This document shows positions 14,372-25,524 of a stretch of 64,000 nt of DNA, one piece after another. The stretch comes from Octopus sinensis (lineage: Eukaryota). Both the position numbers and the translations under genes were made by a program. How positions within the stretch are numbered: position 1 is the first letter of the stretch; each line of letters opens with the position of its first letter. The notes under the pieces were generated by a model. It searched no databases. It was not told where the DNA came from and was given only the letters and a program-made list of their open reading frames with translations. Where the stretch lies: positions 90,086,001-90,150,000 of the forward strand of contig NC_042997.1 of NCBI RefSeq assembly GCF_006345805.1. The letters are read 5' to 3'.

Positions 14372-14735
14372 GGTGGCCTATGTGCCTCAATGACCCTGAG
14401 AACCATACCAGTGGAGTGCATATTCCAGGTAGGGTTTTCTATACCAGAGAGGTGAAAGGAGAGGTGCCAAACTAACATGGAGTACCTCTTCCCAGACATA
14501 AAAATAGGGTTGCATAGGGCCAGTACCATTACAAAGCAGTGATGATAATTCACAACCAACAAGACTTGAGAGAAGATGGCATTACCCCAGGGAAACATAT
14601 GTGAGATACTGAAGCTGAGCAGAAAAAGCAGAGATTCAACTAGAGAGGAACAGAAAAGATAGCCCACAGTTGAGAACAGTAGAGAAGAATTGTTGATGGC
14701 CTATGCTCCATTGTGAGTGAAGGGTTGAAGTAGTA
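14372..14735 (+). mobile_element. Short bipartite RTE derivative (5' UTR-like part fused to 3' tail)
   Basis: Starts gaccctgagaaccataccagtggagt...ggtagggt (RTE 5' UTR-like) and ends tgatggcctatgctcc...gaagggttgaagtagt (RTE 3' end-like); no RT coding between. Family recognition is from memory. Confidence 0.45.
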
Positions 14736-15429
14736 CTAGTGTGTATTTAGAATCAATCTATCCTTTCCTTTCTTTAAAAGAATGGGGTGTGTGATTTAAG
14801 GGAAATTTGGTTGTTACTAGCAAGTTGAGTAACCACTAGATGCTTCCTCATTAGTCAGAATAGACAAGTGTCTTGTACTAATGACTACTATCAAAGCAGA
14901 CAACAGTAACACACTTCCACATTACAGTTGGAAAGTATGTTTATCTGGCTTCACAAACCATGAACAATTACAGAATTATTTAAATTTATGTCATTGGCCC
15001 ACTAGAGTCATTCCCCTCAGCTCATTTTAGATAATTATGAAAATTATAGCCTTGGAATGACCAAAGTTCTGCGAATGGATTTGGTAGAGAGAAACTGAAA
15101 CAAGCCTATTATACGTGTGTGTGTGTATGTTACTGTGTGTTTGTGTGTTACTGTGTCTTTGCCTGGAAACTTGTGAGTGACATTATAATGCAAATGGTGT
15201 CCTTTGTTTCCAATCTTGTGTGAAAACATGTCTGGTCATGGAGAAATATTATCTTATTTGGAAATAAGTAGGGGCTGGCAACAAGAAGGGCTTCCAGCAG
15301 TGGAAAATCTGCCTCAACAAATTCCATTCAACCCATGCAAGTATGGAAAAGCAACATTGAAAATATATTTTTCTGATGCGTATATATTTTGATGAAGAAT
15401 ATATTTTTCTAATACCTCTGAAACATGTC

Positions 15430-16075
15430 TGTAGATGTTACCCCAGTGCTCAAGTAGTATTTATTTCATCAACACTGAAAAGATGAAAAGCAAAGATGAC
15501 CTCAGTGGAATGTGAACTCAGAATGTAAAGCACCAAAGACATGTAGTTAAGAATTTTGTCCAAAGTGGTCATGATTCTGTTAGCCTTAATAATAATAAAT
15601 ATTATTTAATAATAATAATAATAATATTTTCTACTATAGGCATAAGGCCTGAAATTTTAGGGTTGTGTAAGTTGATAACATTGACCCCAGTGCTTGACTG
15701 GTACTTATTTCATCAACTCTGAAAGGATAAAAGACAATGTTGACCTCTGTGGAATTTGAACTTAGAAAGAAAAAGTGGAATAAATATTGCTAAGCATTTT
15801 GTCCAGCGTGCTAACAATTCTGACAGCTTACTGGCTTGAATATAATAATGATAATAATTCTTCCAACAATAGGCACAGGGTCTGAAATTTTAGGGGAGAG
15901 GAGTAATTGATTACATCAAACCCAGTGCTTAACTGGTACTTGTTTCATTGACTCTGAAAGGATAAAAGGCAAAGCTAACCTCAGCAGAATTTGAACTCAG
16001 ATCATACAGAGCTGAAAGAAAAGCTTCTAAGAAATTTGTCCAGCATGGTAATGTTTCTGCCAAGGTTAGCATCTT
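15430..16075 (-). mobile_element. Three head-to-tail family C SINEs separated by (AAT)n
   Basis: Units at about 15430, 15625 and 15850, same orientation, each followed by taataa runs. Confidence 0.75.
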
Positions 16076-16625
16076 AATGATGATGATAGTGATAATAACA
16101 ACAACAATAACTAATAAAAACTCACTGTAATTATTGGAAAGCAGTATGTGTTAAGTATAATGAGTTAGGTGCTAAACTTAAATCAAAGATGCATAAGCCT
16201 CACTAAAAAGGGTTCTACTTTGTCGAAAAAGGGTGACAGCCTAGTATAGGATTGGATGGAGGGTGTGAATGTAATTCTACAAAGCATGACAATATCTTCT
16301 TTCTAATTTCCAATCTCCAAATAGTTTGGTGTGAGGAATGTGTGGAAACTAACAAGAACTTGTCGAAAACCAACAAACTGCTTATCTTTTTGTCGGCTAG
16401 ATCTTATCTTAGACACTATGTATACACCTGCTTCGATATGAATTCAGGTGTATATATATATAAGGTAACATAACATTTTCTTAAATGTGTGTGATTTATA
16501 TATATATATATATGAGGACATGCATCTGTGTTTTGAATGTATGTATGTATGTATGTATGTATGTGTGTATGTATGCATGTGTGTGTATGTGTGTATACAG
16601 ATATACTTGTAAAAACATATATAGA

Positions 16626-17030
16626 GGTGCAAGTGTGATAGTGGCAAGAAGTTTGCTTCACAACCACATGGTTTCAGGTTCAGTCCCACTGCATAGCACC
16701 CTGGGTATGTGTCTTCTACTATAGCCCTGGGCTGACCAGAGTCTTGTAGATGGATTTAGAAGACAGAAACTGAAAGAAGCCCATACATGTATGTGCACAT
16801 GCATGTGTGTGTATGTGTGTGTGTATTTGCATGCTTGTGGTTGACCCATAACACTACTTGACAACCGGGGTCTGTCTATTTACATTTCAGTAACTTAGTG
16901 GTTCAGCAAAAAGTGACTGAATAAGTATCAGGCTTTAAAAAAAAAAGTATAGGAGTCAATTTGTTTGACTAAACTTTTGAAGGTGGTGTCCCAGCATGGC
17001 CACAGTCTAATGACTGAAACAAAGATAAAA
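16626..17030 (+). mobile_element. SINE family A (first unit of the 692-bp duplication)
   Basis: Colinear with 60978-61367. Confidence 0.8.
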
Positions 17031-17317
17031 GAAAAAATATAAGCGATATCTATCTATATATAATTGTATATACACACACGCTTATACATACACACACACA
17101 CACGTTTATATACATATACATGTATATACACACACACACACACACAAATATATATTTATGTGTGTATGGGTGTGTGTATATATATATTTATATATATATA
17201 TATATGAGGACATGCATCCGTGTTTTGAATGTATGTATGTATGTATGTATGTATGTGTGTATGTATGCATGTGTGTGTATGTGTGTATACAGATATACTT
17301 GTAAAAACATATATAGA

Positions 17318-17721
17318 GGTGCAAGTGTGATAGTGGCAAGAAGTTTGCTTCACAACCACATGGTTTCAGGTTCAGTCCCACTGCATAGCACCCTGGGTAT
17401 GTGTCTTCTACTATAGCCCTGGGCTGACCAGAGTCTTGTAGATGGATTTAGAAGACAGAAACTGAAAGAAGCCCATACATGTATGTGCACATGCATGTGT
17501 GTGTATGTGTGTGTGTATTTGCATGCTTGTGGTTGACCCATAACACTACTTGACAACCGGGGTCTGTCTATTTACATTTCAGTAACTTAGTGGTTCAGCA
17601 AAAAGTGACTGAATAAGTATCAGGCTTTAAAAAAAAAGTATAGGAGTCAATTTGTTTGACTAAACTTTTGAAGGTGGTGTCCCAGCATGGCCACAGTCTA
17701 ATGACTGAAACAAAGATAAAA
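17318..17721 (+). mobile_element. SINE family A (second unit of the 692-bp duplication)
   Basis: Essentially identical to 16626-17030. Confidence 0.8.
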
Positions 17722-18776
17722 GAAAAAATATAAGCGATATCTATCTATATATAATTGTATATACACACACGCTTATACATACACACACACACACGTTTAT
17801 ATACATATACATGTATATACACACACACACACACACAAATATATATTTATGTGTGTATGGGTGTGTGTATATATATATTTATATATATATATTGAGATTG
17901 AACAGAATCTATTACATATATTGAGTACTTTTACTCCTGTTTTATAACACACTCATAAATAAGTTATAAGTGAATGCAGATGTAAACAAATGCAAAGAAA
18001 CACATGTATAAACACATATACAATATATATATATATGTATATATATAAAATTGCACATACATAACATAGTCTTCCTACCATACAGCCACACTGTTTTGTT
18101 TATAAGCTGATTTGCTGCAGAATAGCATTTGGGATAGCTCCCTGGACAACACTGAGTTGTAAATAGATATCTTAATGTGGATCAAATTCAGAAGTAGTAG
18201 ATACCTATTTTTCAATAATCTACAATATTGGCGAAGTATCATTAAAGGTTAATGTACTGTAACTTTTTAATCAAAACTTTACTTTGTAGGTGGATGTCAA
18301 TAACTTGTGAAACTTTTCAGCTCACAATGATGTCACTGATGACATACCCTCTCTGTCTCTCTCAATTTCTTTGGACCCAATGTAGTTGTAATGTCTGGAG
18401 TTGCATTTATCTTAAAGTTTGCAAGCAATGATCAGGTTTTTTCTTCTTTTTTTTCTGTACTGTATGTACAAATACTATTTTTATGTAATGTCTGAATTTC
18501 ACCTACATGTAGGAGTGTAACATGACTAGCATAATTACTTGTACATTACTTTAAAAAATAAAATGCTGATATTTTTTAGTTTTCATTTTATTTACCTGTA
18601 ATCATGTTCAACACTTTTATATTTTACATAAAACCAAATAAAAAAAATGGCACACATGTACTTCAGCATTACCATCATCATTTTTTAATGTTCGTTTTCC
18701 CTGCTAGTACGGGGTGGAAGATTTGACAGGAACAGACAGGTCAGAAGACTACACCAAGCTCTACTGTCTGCTTTAA

Positions 18777-18988
18777 CACTCTAGCATTTAAACTGGTCAT
18801 ATCTGGCACAAATATTCTACCTTGTTCTACATTTGAACAGGTCGGATTTGGCCTCTCTTGCATACTTTATGATATCATTTTCAACATAAACATTGAAATC
18901 TTAAAACTGTGAAACAATGCATGATTAATTCAAAACAATGTGAATCAATAAGCATTATATTTAGTAGAGTATTCTGAATTTTAGAGAG
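18777..18988. mobile_element. piggyBac-type MITE (family D)
   Basis: TTAA on both sides; body homologous to 31255-31477. Confidence 0.7.
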
Positions 18989-19009
18989 TTAAACAAGACA
19001 TCATAGGTG

Positions 19010-19230
19010 AAGACTGATACCTTACCTTTCTGGTGGTATTATGTATGAAAAAAATTGTTAAATATTATATAAAACTGTATTATGAAATGTGAATGAATAT
19101 TGTGTTTAAACATGATTCACATCCTAAATTGTCTCATTTTAAGGATGTAAATATAGAAAACCCCCCACCAAAATCTGAAATCTGCAACACTTTTGGTCCC
19201 AGGAATTTCAAACAGAAGATTCTCAACTAT
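19010..19230 (+). mobile_element. Tigger4/MER46-like non-autonomous DNA transposon 3' part
   Basis: aaaatctgaaatctgcaacacttttggtcccaggaatttc...gattctcaac and atgaatattgtgttta...catcc resemble the MER46 3' end as I recall it; not database-verified. Confidence 0.45.
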
Positions 19231-21414
19231 CAGCCCAGGGCATGGAATTGGTAGAAATCAGTAGAGTATCAAATAAGATGAGGTTTGGTATTAGCTGTGG
19301 CTCTTTATGTTCTAAGTTATGCATAGTGGGCTAAACCTGTCACTAGATGTAGTACGATCACTTGGTCCTTGTAAATCTTCAGTGGAAGTTACTCTTTTGC
19401 AAGCATTCATGCAAACAGGTCTCCAATTTGAGGATAATTTCTGCCTTTCCTCTCAGCAGTCTTGAAGGCCCTGAGAGAAATAAAGGGTCTCTCTGATTAA
19501 ATTGTTGTAAAAGTTATGTTAAACATGAAGGAACCATGATGTAGGAGGGGACCAAATGTGGCAGAACAAGCCCAGTGGAAACACTATAACTTGTTTAACC
19601 AAACATGGACACTGCTCTACTTCACTGTCTTAATCTTTCATCCCACATCACCTCTTTCTCTCCTTCTAACCTTTTCTCTTAATTGCTTATTCTGCCAACT
19701 TTTAGAGGCAATGTAATTGAGGAGATAAAATATTGCAAAGCTAACTGATAGATTACGAGCTCAAATCTGCTTCAGTAGTTTCATAGTTTGTGAGCAGAAT
19801 ATTTTATTCTATAATGTCCACCAAGCTTTACTGAGTAATCTACAATAGACTAGCATCATCTCCAGAAGTAATAATACTCTTCCATTTAAAACTACAGAAG
19901 CTAGCTGAGACTGAGCTCTCATACTCAGGAAATACTCCAAAAGTCACTAAAAGCCTCAGCTGTCTTCCATTTCTGTTTGTCATTCATATCACTATCAACA
20001 AAACTCACTATCTTTCTTAATCTCTCTCTACTTTTCTTTCTCAACTTTTGTCATTCCTTACCAATTTCTCTCCACTTTTTTTGTTCTCTTTTTCTTTTCT
20101 ATCTTTGACTACTTTTCTTATATATATACTGTCACAACCTTATTCTCCATCTCTCTCTGTGTCTCTCTCTTTCAATTTCTTTTTTCCTCACTTTCTCTTG
20201 TCTTCTCACCATCACATGTACCTTCCTCAATTTTTCCTCTTGTTTCAACTCAGTTACTATTATTACCATTATTATTCTTGCTTCCACTTCCTCCTCCTTT
20301 TCACATACAGCCAGGTGTCCCCCATCAAACTGCAATATATACACCTTCGAGGTGTCATCAAACATTCTGCTCACCTCCCCCCTCACAAAGTTCTTCCCTT
20401 CCCCCACAATTATCTCCGTTTTACTGACATACATACCTCCGTGCACCGCACATGTACACACACACACACACTCATACACACATACACACAGAGACTTCTA
20501 CACACAATACTGAAAATCCTTCTTAATTCTTTGTTGATAAATAAGCAATGGGGTAGGTAGGGTTTGAATTTGCAGTGTGTAAAATTAGCCACCTGAAGAA
20601 TGATGAAGACAACAGCAGACAGAGGGAAGAGTACAGAAAGTCAACCAGATACTCAGCCAACTCTTGTCATGTCACGTCACATCAACACCATGGAAGGTAA
20701 AAAAAAAAAAAATCAACAACAAAAGCTAACAAAAAACACAAAAAATACAAATGATACAAGAATTTAATTTTCCCCTTCAAAATATTGCAGTTTCACAAAC
20801 ATCTTCCAATACTTATTATTATCTGTTAACAGAAAAATGGGCAATAGATAGGTAATTGGAAATGTTCTAATAGATTTTGTTGGCGGAATGGAATAGAGTG
20901 TGACGGGAAAGTAAGTGTTGGCAGGTTGGTGAAGGACTTGAACATTTTTCTTCTTGTTCTTTCTATTCAGAATTATTTTTTTTTCTGAAAATATTTTTTT
21001 TGCCAACATTATCTTATCCTTAAACAATATAATAATCATGGATCTATCTACAATATCTGTTCCAATTTAGCAAATACATATAGAAAAACAACAAATACAG
21101 ACAAACTATGTATGTATGTAAAGAAACAAAACAGGCAAAGAAACAAATGATGTGTGGGGGGAGGGGGGATGATTGGGGAATAAAGTGAAAATGAAAACAG
21201 GTTGGTGATTAAACTCTATTGATGTTGGAACTGTATTTGTCACCTCACTGTACTTGTTGATGATGTGTCTGTGTGAGATTCTTAACAATAGACATACCAT
21301 TTTCTATTCGATCTTATCACCGACGTGATGACGGATTAGTATTGATTACACATGCCATTATATTATCCTTACCATTATTGTTGTTGTTTTGCTGTGTTAT
21401 AATATCTTTTCCTC

Positions 21415-21416
<2 letters not shown>

Positions 21417-21451
<35 letters not shown>

Positions 21452-21560
21452 TTAATAATAATGATAATAATAATATAATAATAATAATATAATAATAATA
21501 ATAATTATTATTATTATTATTATTATAATTATAATTATTATTATTATTGTTATTATTTTT
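21417..21560. repeat. (AAT)n/(ATT)n tract that flips strand midway
   Basis: aat run followed by att run; self-complementary. Confidence 0.95.
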
Positions 21561-22087
21561 ATCAATATCATTTATAATTATTGTTATCGTCATCATCATT
21601 GCATTGATATTTGTTTATGAATGCTGAGCTCTTTCTTCACACAGATATGTTGTTGTCACACCCTATTGCTAGCCCTTCCTTGTAAACACTTATCTTACAA
21701 TTCAATTCAATACAAAACAATACAAAAGAATAGAAAACACTGGAAACCAACATAAGTATCACATCAGATAAAAATATTGTTTAATAAATATGGGAACATG
21801 TACAATTATATATGCTCGCTTTAATTGTTTTAGTGATACTGCCATTTGTATATATAGAGAAATACTTATCTTCTGAAGATTAAGAATTGATGCTCCTCCT
21901 ACCAGAATAACACTGAAGCTGAAAGCATTTGACAAGAGATATGCTAACAATATTTCCTTTTGCAATACTGTATGCCACATGCTTGACGCAAATGCTTTGA
22001 CAGTGGTTATTATATAAGGCAGCCAATAGAAATGAAAATACACATGGAAAAAGCACACATAGACACACACACACAACAGTTGTATAT

Positions 22088-22128
<41 letters not shown>

Positions 22129-22241
22129 CATACATATATATATATACATACATATATATACATGTATATATATACATACATACATATATATACAAGCATA
22201 TATATACATACATATATATACATGCATATATATATACATAC

Positions 22242-22280
<39 letters not shown>

Positions 22281-22424
22281 CATATACATACATTCATATA
22301 TATACATACATATATATACATGCATATATATACATACATACATATATATATACATACATACATACATATATATATACATACATATATATATATACATACT
22401 TATATACCCATACATATATATGCA

Positions 22425-22475
<51 letters not shown>

Positions 22476-22860
22476 TTTGCAGGACCACTAATTCAAAGGG
22501 ATGTAAACACACCAACACTGGTTATCAAGCAGTGGTATATATATAATATACATAGAGATAGATAGATAGATAAAGGGCCGTTTTCAGTTCCTGTCTACTA
22601 AATCTATTGACAAGGCTTTGGTCAGCCCAAGGCTATAGTTGAGGACACTTGCTGAAGGTGCCATGCAGTAGAACTGAACCCGAAACTATGTGGTTGGAAA
22701 GCAAGCTTCTTGCCACACAGCCATACCTGCACCAAAGTAGACTACATTGATTCCAGTATCAGTATCTATTTCAATTAAGTGTTCAATGTCAATTTGTTAT
22801 TTATCCAAAGCCTAAAAATATCTTCTAAAGTAAAGGTACAGAACTTTATGCATTACTCTG

Positions 22861-22893
<33 letters not shown>

Positions 22894-23074
22894 TACATAT
22901 ACATTCTCTTCTGGAAACAAAATACCAGTACTGGGTGATATTTTGTAAGAAAAATATGTGAACTTCAGAAATGATATCATGAATGATTAATTTAAATGAA
23001 TTTATTTCAAATAATCTTCCGATTTATTTCACCATTGGAGTGGATGAATATGATTGCTTCAGCAAGGGATCAGA

Positions 23075-23570
23075 ACCAGTTGTCAAACAAGGGCAATTTG
23101 AACAGGTCATGTTGTGTGTTTGGTAGAATTTCAAGTGGGTGTTGTATTTTTTGCCTGTGAATACTCACCTTTATGTTCATCAGCTGTGGCGAGTATATGA
23201 TGCTTTGAAAGCCTGCTTTCAACATTGGTCAGTCAAAGACATGCACTGCTACAGCATGACAGTATCCCAGCACACACTGCTAATGTCCCCAAATGTAAAT
23301 TTGAGGAACTTGAGGAGCTGGAAGTGCTGCCTCACCTTACCTACAGTCTAAACCTAACACCATCGAATTACCACCTGTTTCTGAGCCATGACTAATTTCC
23401 TGCATGGACAGAGGTGAAACACTGCGGATGAAGTTGAAAATGGGTGCAGGGAGTTTTTTGCCTCTAAATCTGCCAAATGGTATAAGCATAGAAGTGAGAT
23501 TCTGGCACAACAATGGCAACAGACAAGAGAATATGATGGGATATATTTTGATACTTTGATGAATAAATGT
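23075..23570 (+). mobile_element. Mariner transposase C-terminal remnant
   Basis: VMLCVW, LYVHQL, LLQHDSIPAHT, LPHLTYSLNLTPSNYHLF (YSPDLAPSDYHLF motif), EFFASK, QQWQQ...DGIYF; stops and frameshifts present. Confidence 0.85.
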
Positions 23571-23600
23571 TTTTTATATGTAATTTGTCTGAACCAGTAA

Positions 23601-23984
23601 CCCTTTTGATACCAACCTGTCTGAACCCCCCGCTCTGAGTTCTGTGATACAAAGTTCCTGTTTTGAAGTGTTTTAACCCTTAGGAGAGGACAGGACCAAT
23701 CTATCGGCCAAAAAGTCAAATGACAAAGATTATATTAATTCATTCAATTTTGTACAAGAATATATATGTAGGACTTGTGAAAAGAGTCCCATCATCTTGG
23801 CACTGAAACTCCAAATGAGGCTCTGTCTCCAAAGGGTTAAATTATAACCTATTATTAAAATATCATGTTAATTTATATTCCAAACACCAGCTTAATAACA
23901 GTTATTTTACTAAATTCTTCAATGTTTTCGCAATCACTTGTAACAAAGGCAGTGTGTAGCAAGGGAAATATGGTAACAAAAGGG
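23601..23984. mobile_element. piggyBac-type MITE (family E) hosting a nested element
   Basis: CCCTTTTG...CAAAAGGG ends; colinear with 26612-26829 and 49570-49788 once 23677-23840 is removed. Confidence 0.75.
23677..23836. mobile_element. Nested 160-bp piggyBac-type MITE
   Basis: TTAA at 23673-76 and 23837-40; TIR CCCTT(A/T)GGAGA, 10/11 match. Confidence 0.8.
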
Positions 23985-24243
23985 TTCATTAAAGTTTGAA
24001 ATACGATAAAACTTTTGACTCAACCTGGTATACAAAATCTGCCTTAATGAACTCCATCTGATCCATGTCAGCATGGAAAAGTGGATACTAAAATGAAGAT
24101 ATGATGTCCAGGTGACTCCATAAGGTATGAGGTAAGGAGAAGTGTGTTGGGACAGTGGAAATAAGAACGAGGTTGGGTGGGGGTTAGTAGCTGCTTTAAA
24201 AAGATGATCAGTCAATAACAACATAGAAAAAATTACAACTTAC

Positions 24244-24321
24244 AATTTGGTTGTTGTTTTCAGTCAAAACACCCAAAGTATTTTTACGGGTTGTATGAAC
24301 CTTTGAAGATACTGATGACAT
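24244..24321 (-). CDS. ERAL1: ERAL1 coding exon carrying G2/switch I (MSSVSSKVHTTRKNTLGVLTENNNQI)
   Basis: 78 nt, ttttcag acceptor, GTAAGT donor, phase 0/0. The S-x-K-V-H-T-T-R motif follows G1 exactly as in Era/ERAL1. Too short for the ORF track; found by reading the reverse strand. Confidence 0.92.
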
Positions 24322-25161
24322 CTGAAAATAAATAATTAAAACAATGAAAATAACAATAGCCATCTATACTCAGTGTAAATACATCACTGAAAGGTAAATT
24401 TACTGATATTGCAAATAGCTGCCCAGCAGAATAAAAAGCTATTACATACAATAGAAGCAATATCAAATTAAAATAGCCATCTATGTATTATACTTAGAGT
24501 AAATACATCATTAAAAGGAAAATTTACTGTGGTATTCAATGTCACACACATATGTATTGATATATGTATACATATGTATGTGTGTGTGTGTATATGTATA
24601 AATGCGTATGTATGTATGTATGTATGTATGTATGTATGTATGTATATATATATATATACACATACACAGCCATAACAATATAGATACCCATACATAGACG
24701 TACAGATGTATGCACACACACACACATATACATAGATTACACAAATATAAAACAAACGCAGATATACATGTACATACAAGCTAGCAGATTCCAAAAGATT
24801 AAGAAAACACACACACACATGCACACAAATTGAAATAAAAACATTGCAACATACACAAACACAAAACATAAAAGAATATAATAGGATGGTGAGAAGAGTT
24901 AACAAAAGGATTCACATTTCCAGTGTCAAAATATAATGAGGATGTTGAGAAGCACACACATAATCATACATATGTATACATATGTTCATGTAGACACGCA
25001 AACACACATGGACATATGAAATTATATACACTCATACATACACTTACAGACCAATTGGATTACATAAAAAATGAAAAATTATATATCTTTACTTAAATAT
25101 TCATAAAAACATACACACACATATTTATGCATTCATATATATATACACACACACACATATA

Positions 25162-25408
25162 CAGGGTGGCCCAAAAGTAGGCTTACAGTTATTCAACTAT
25201 CTCTTTCACATTCATATATTAACAGTTTAGATCTTAATTATAAAAAGATATGAAACCATTATTCTATGCTAATTTCTTAAATTTTGTCAAGCCCCCTTTT
25301 AAATTTGTAAGATAGAAATTTAAATGTAATAAAATATTTTAAAAGAGATTTAAAGTGCCTACGTGATTGCCTACGTGATAACTGTAATCCTACTTTTGGG
25401 CCACCCTG
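25162..25408. mobile_element. Tc1/mariner-type MITE
   Basis: 31-bp TIR CAGGGTGGCCCAAAAGTAGG(C/A)TTACAGTTAT with 1 mismatch; TA on both sides; 247 bp. Confidence 0.9.
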
Positions 25409-25486
25409 TATGTGTGTATATATATATATACATACACACAATGGACATTCAATAATGATGATGATATAAAAGAATATATATATGTA

Positions 25487-25523
<37 letters not shown>

Positions 25524-25524
<1 letters not shown>

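Larger units (their letters stand above)
16500..17892. repeat. Near-identical 692-bp tandem duplication
   Basis: Offset 692/691. I saw one substitution (catctgtg/catccgtg) and one A-run indel. Bounded by (TA)n. Confidence 0.95.

Noticed and set aside
16345-16455. Hammerhead-like CTAACAA-GAACTTGTC-GAAA and adjacent 10-bp hairpin (16421-16454)
   Set aside because: Two invariant G positions are A and no stem I could be formed; at most a fossil.
18121-18580. Pair of + strand exon-like segments (18121-18158 and 18290 onward with AATAAA)
   Set aside because: Joined translation is unrecognisable and the donor is weak (gtaaat).
21875-21965. [12 protein letters not shown] resembling the ribosomal protein S10 N-terminus
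   Set aside because: No start, splice sites or continued similarity; chance match.
21759-22565. Long ORFs rich in Y/I/C/V/M or H/T/Y (also 2877-3448, 5626-5982, 11050-11745, 29912-30486, 33235-33936, 56968-57550, 59584-60318)
   Set aside because: Translations of (TA)n, (CA)n and (TACA)n microsatellites, open in several frames on both strands.
24312-24327. CTGATGA-CATCT-GAAA (similar strings at 59200 and 62075 on the minus strand)
   Set aside because: No stem II, I or III; here it is just the reverse complement of the ERAL1 acceptor and first codons.
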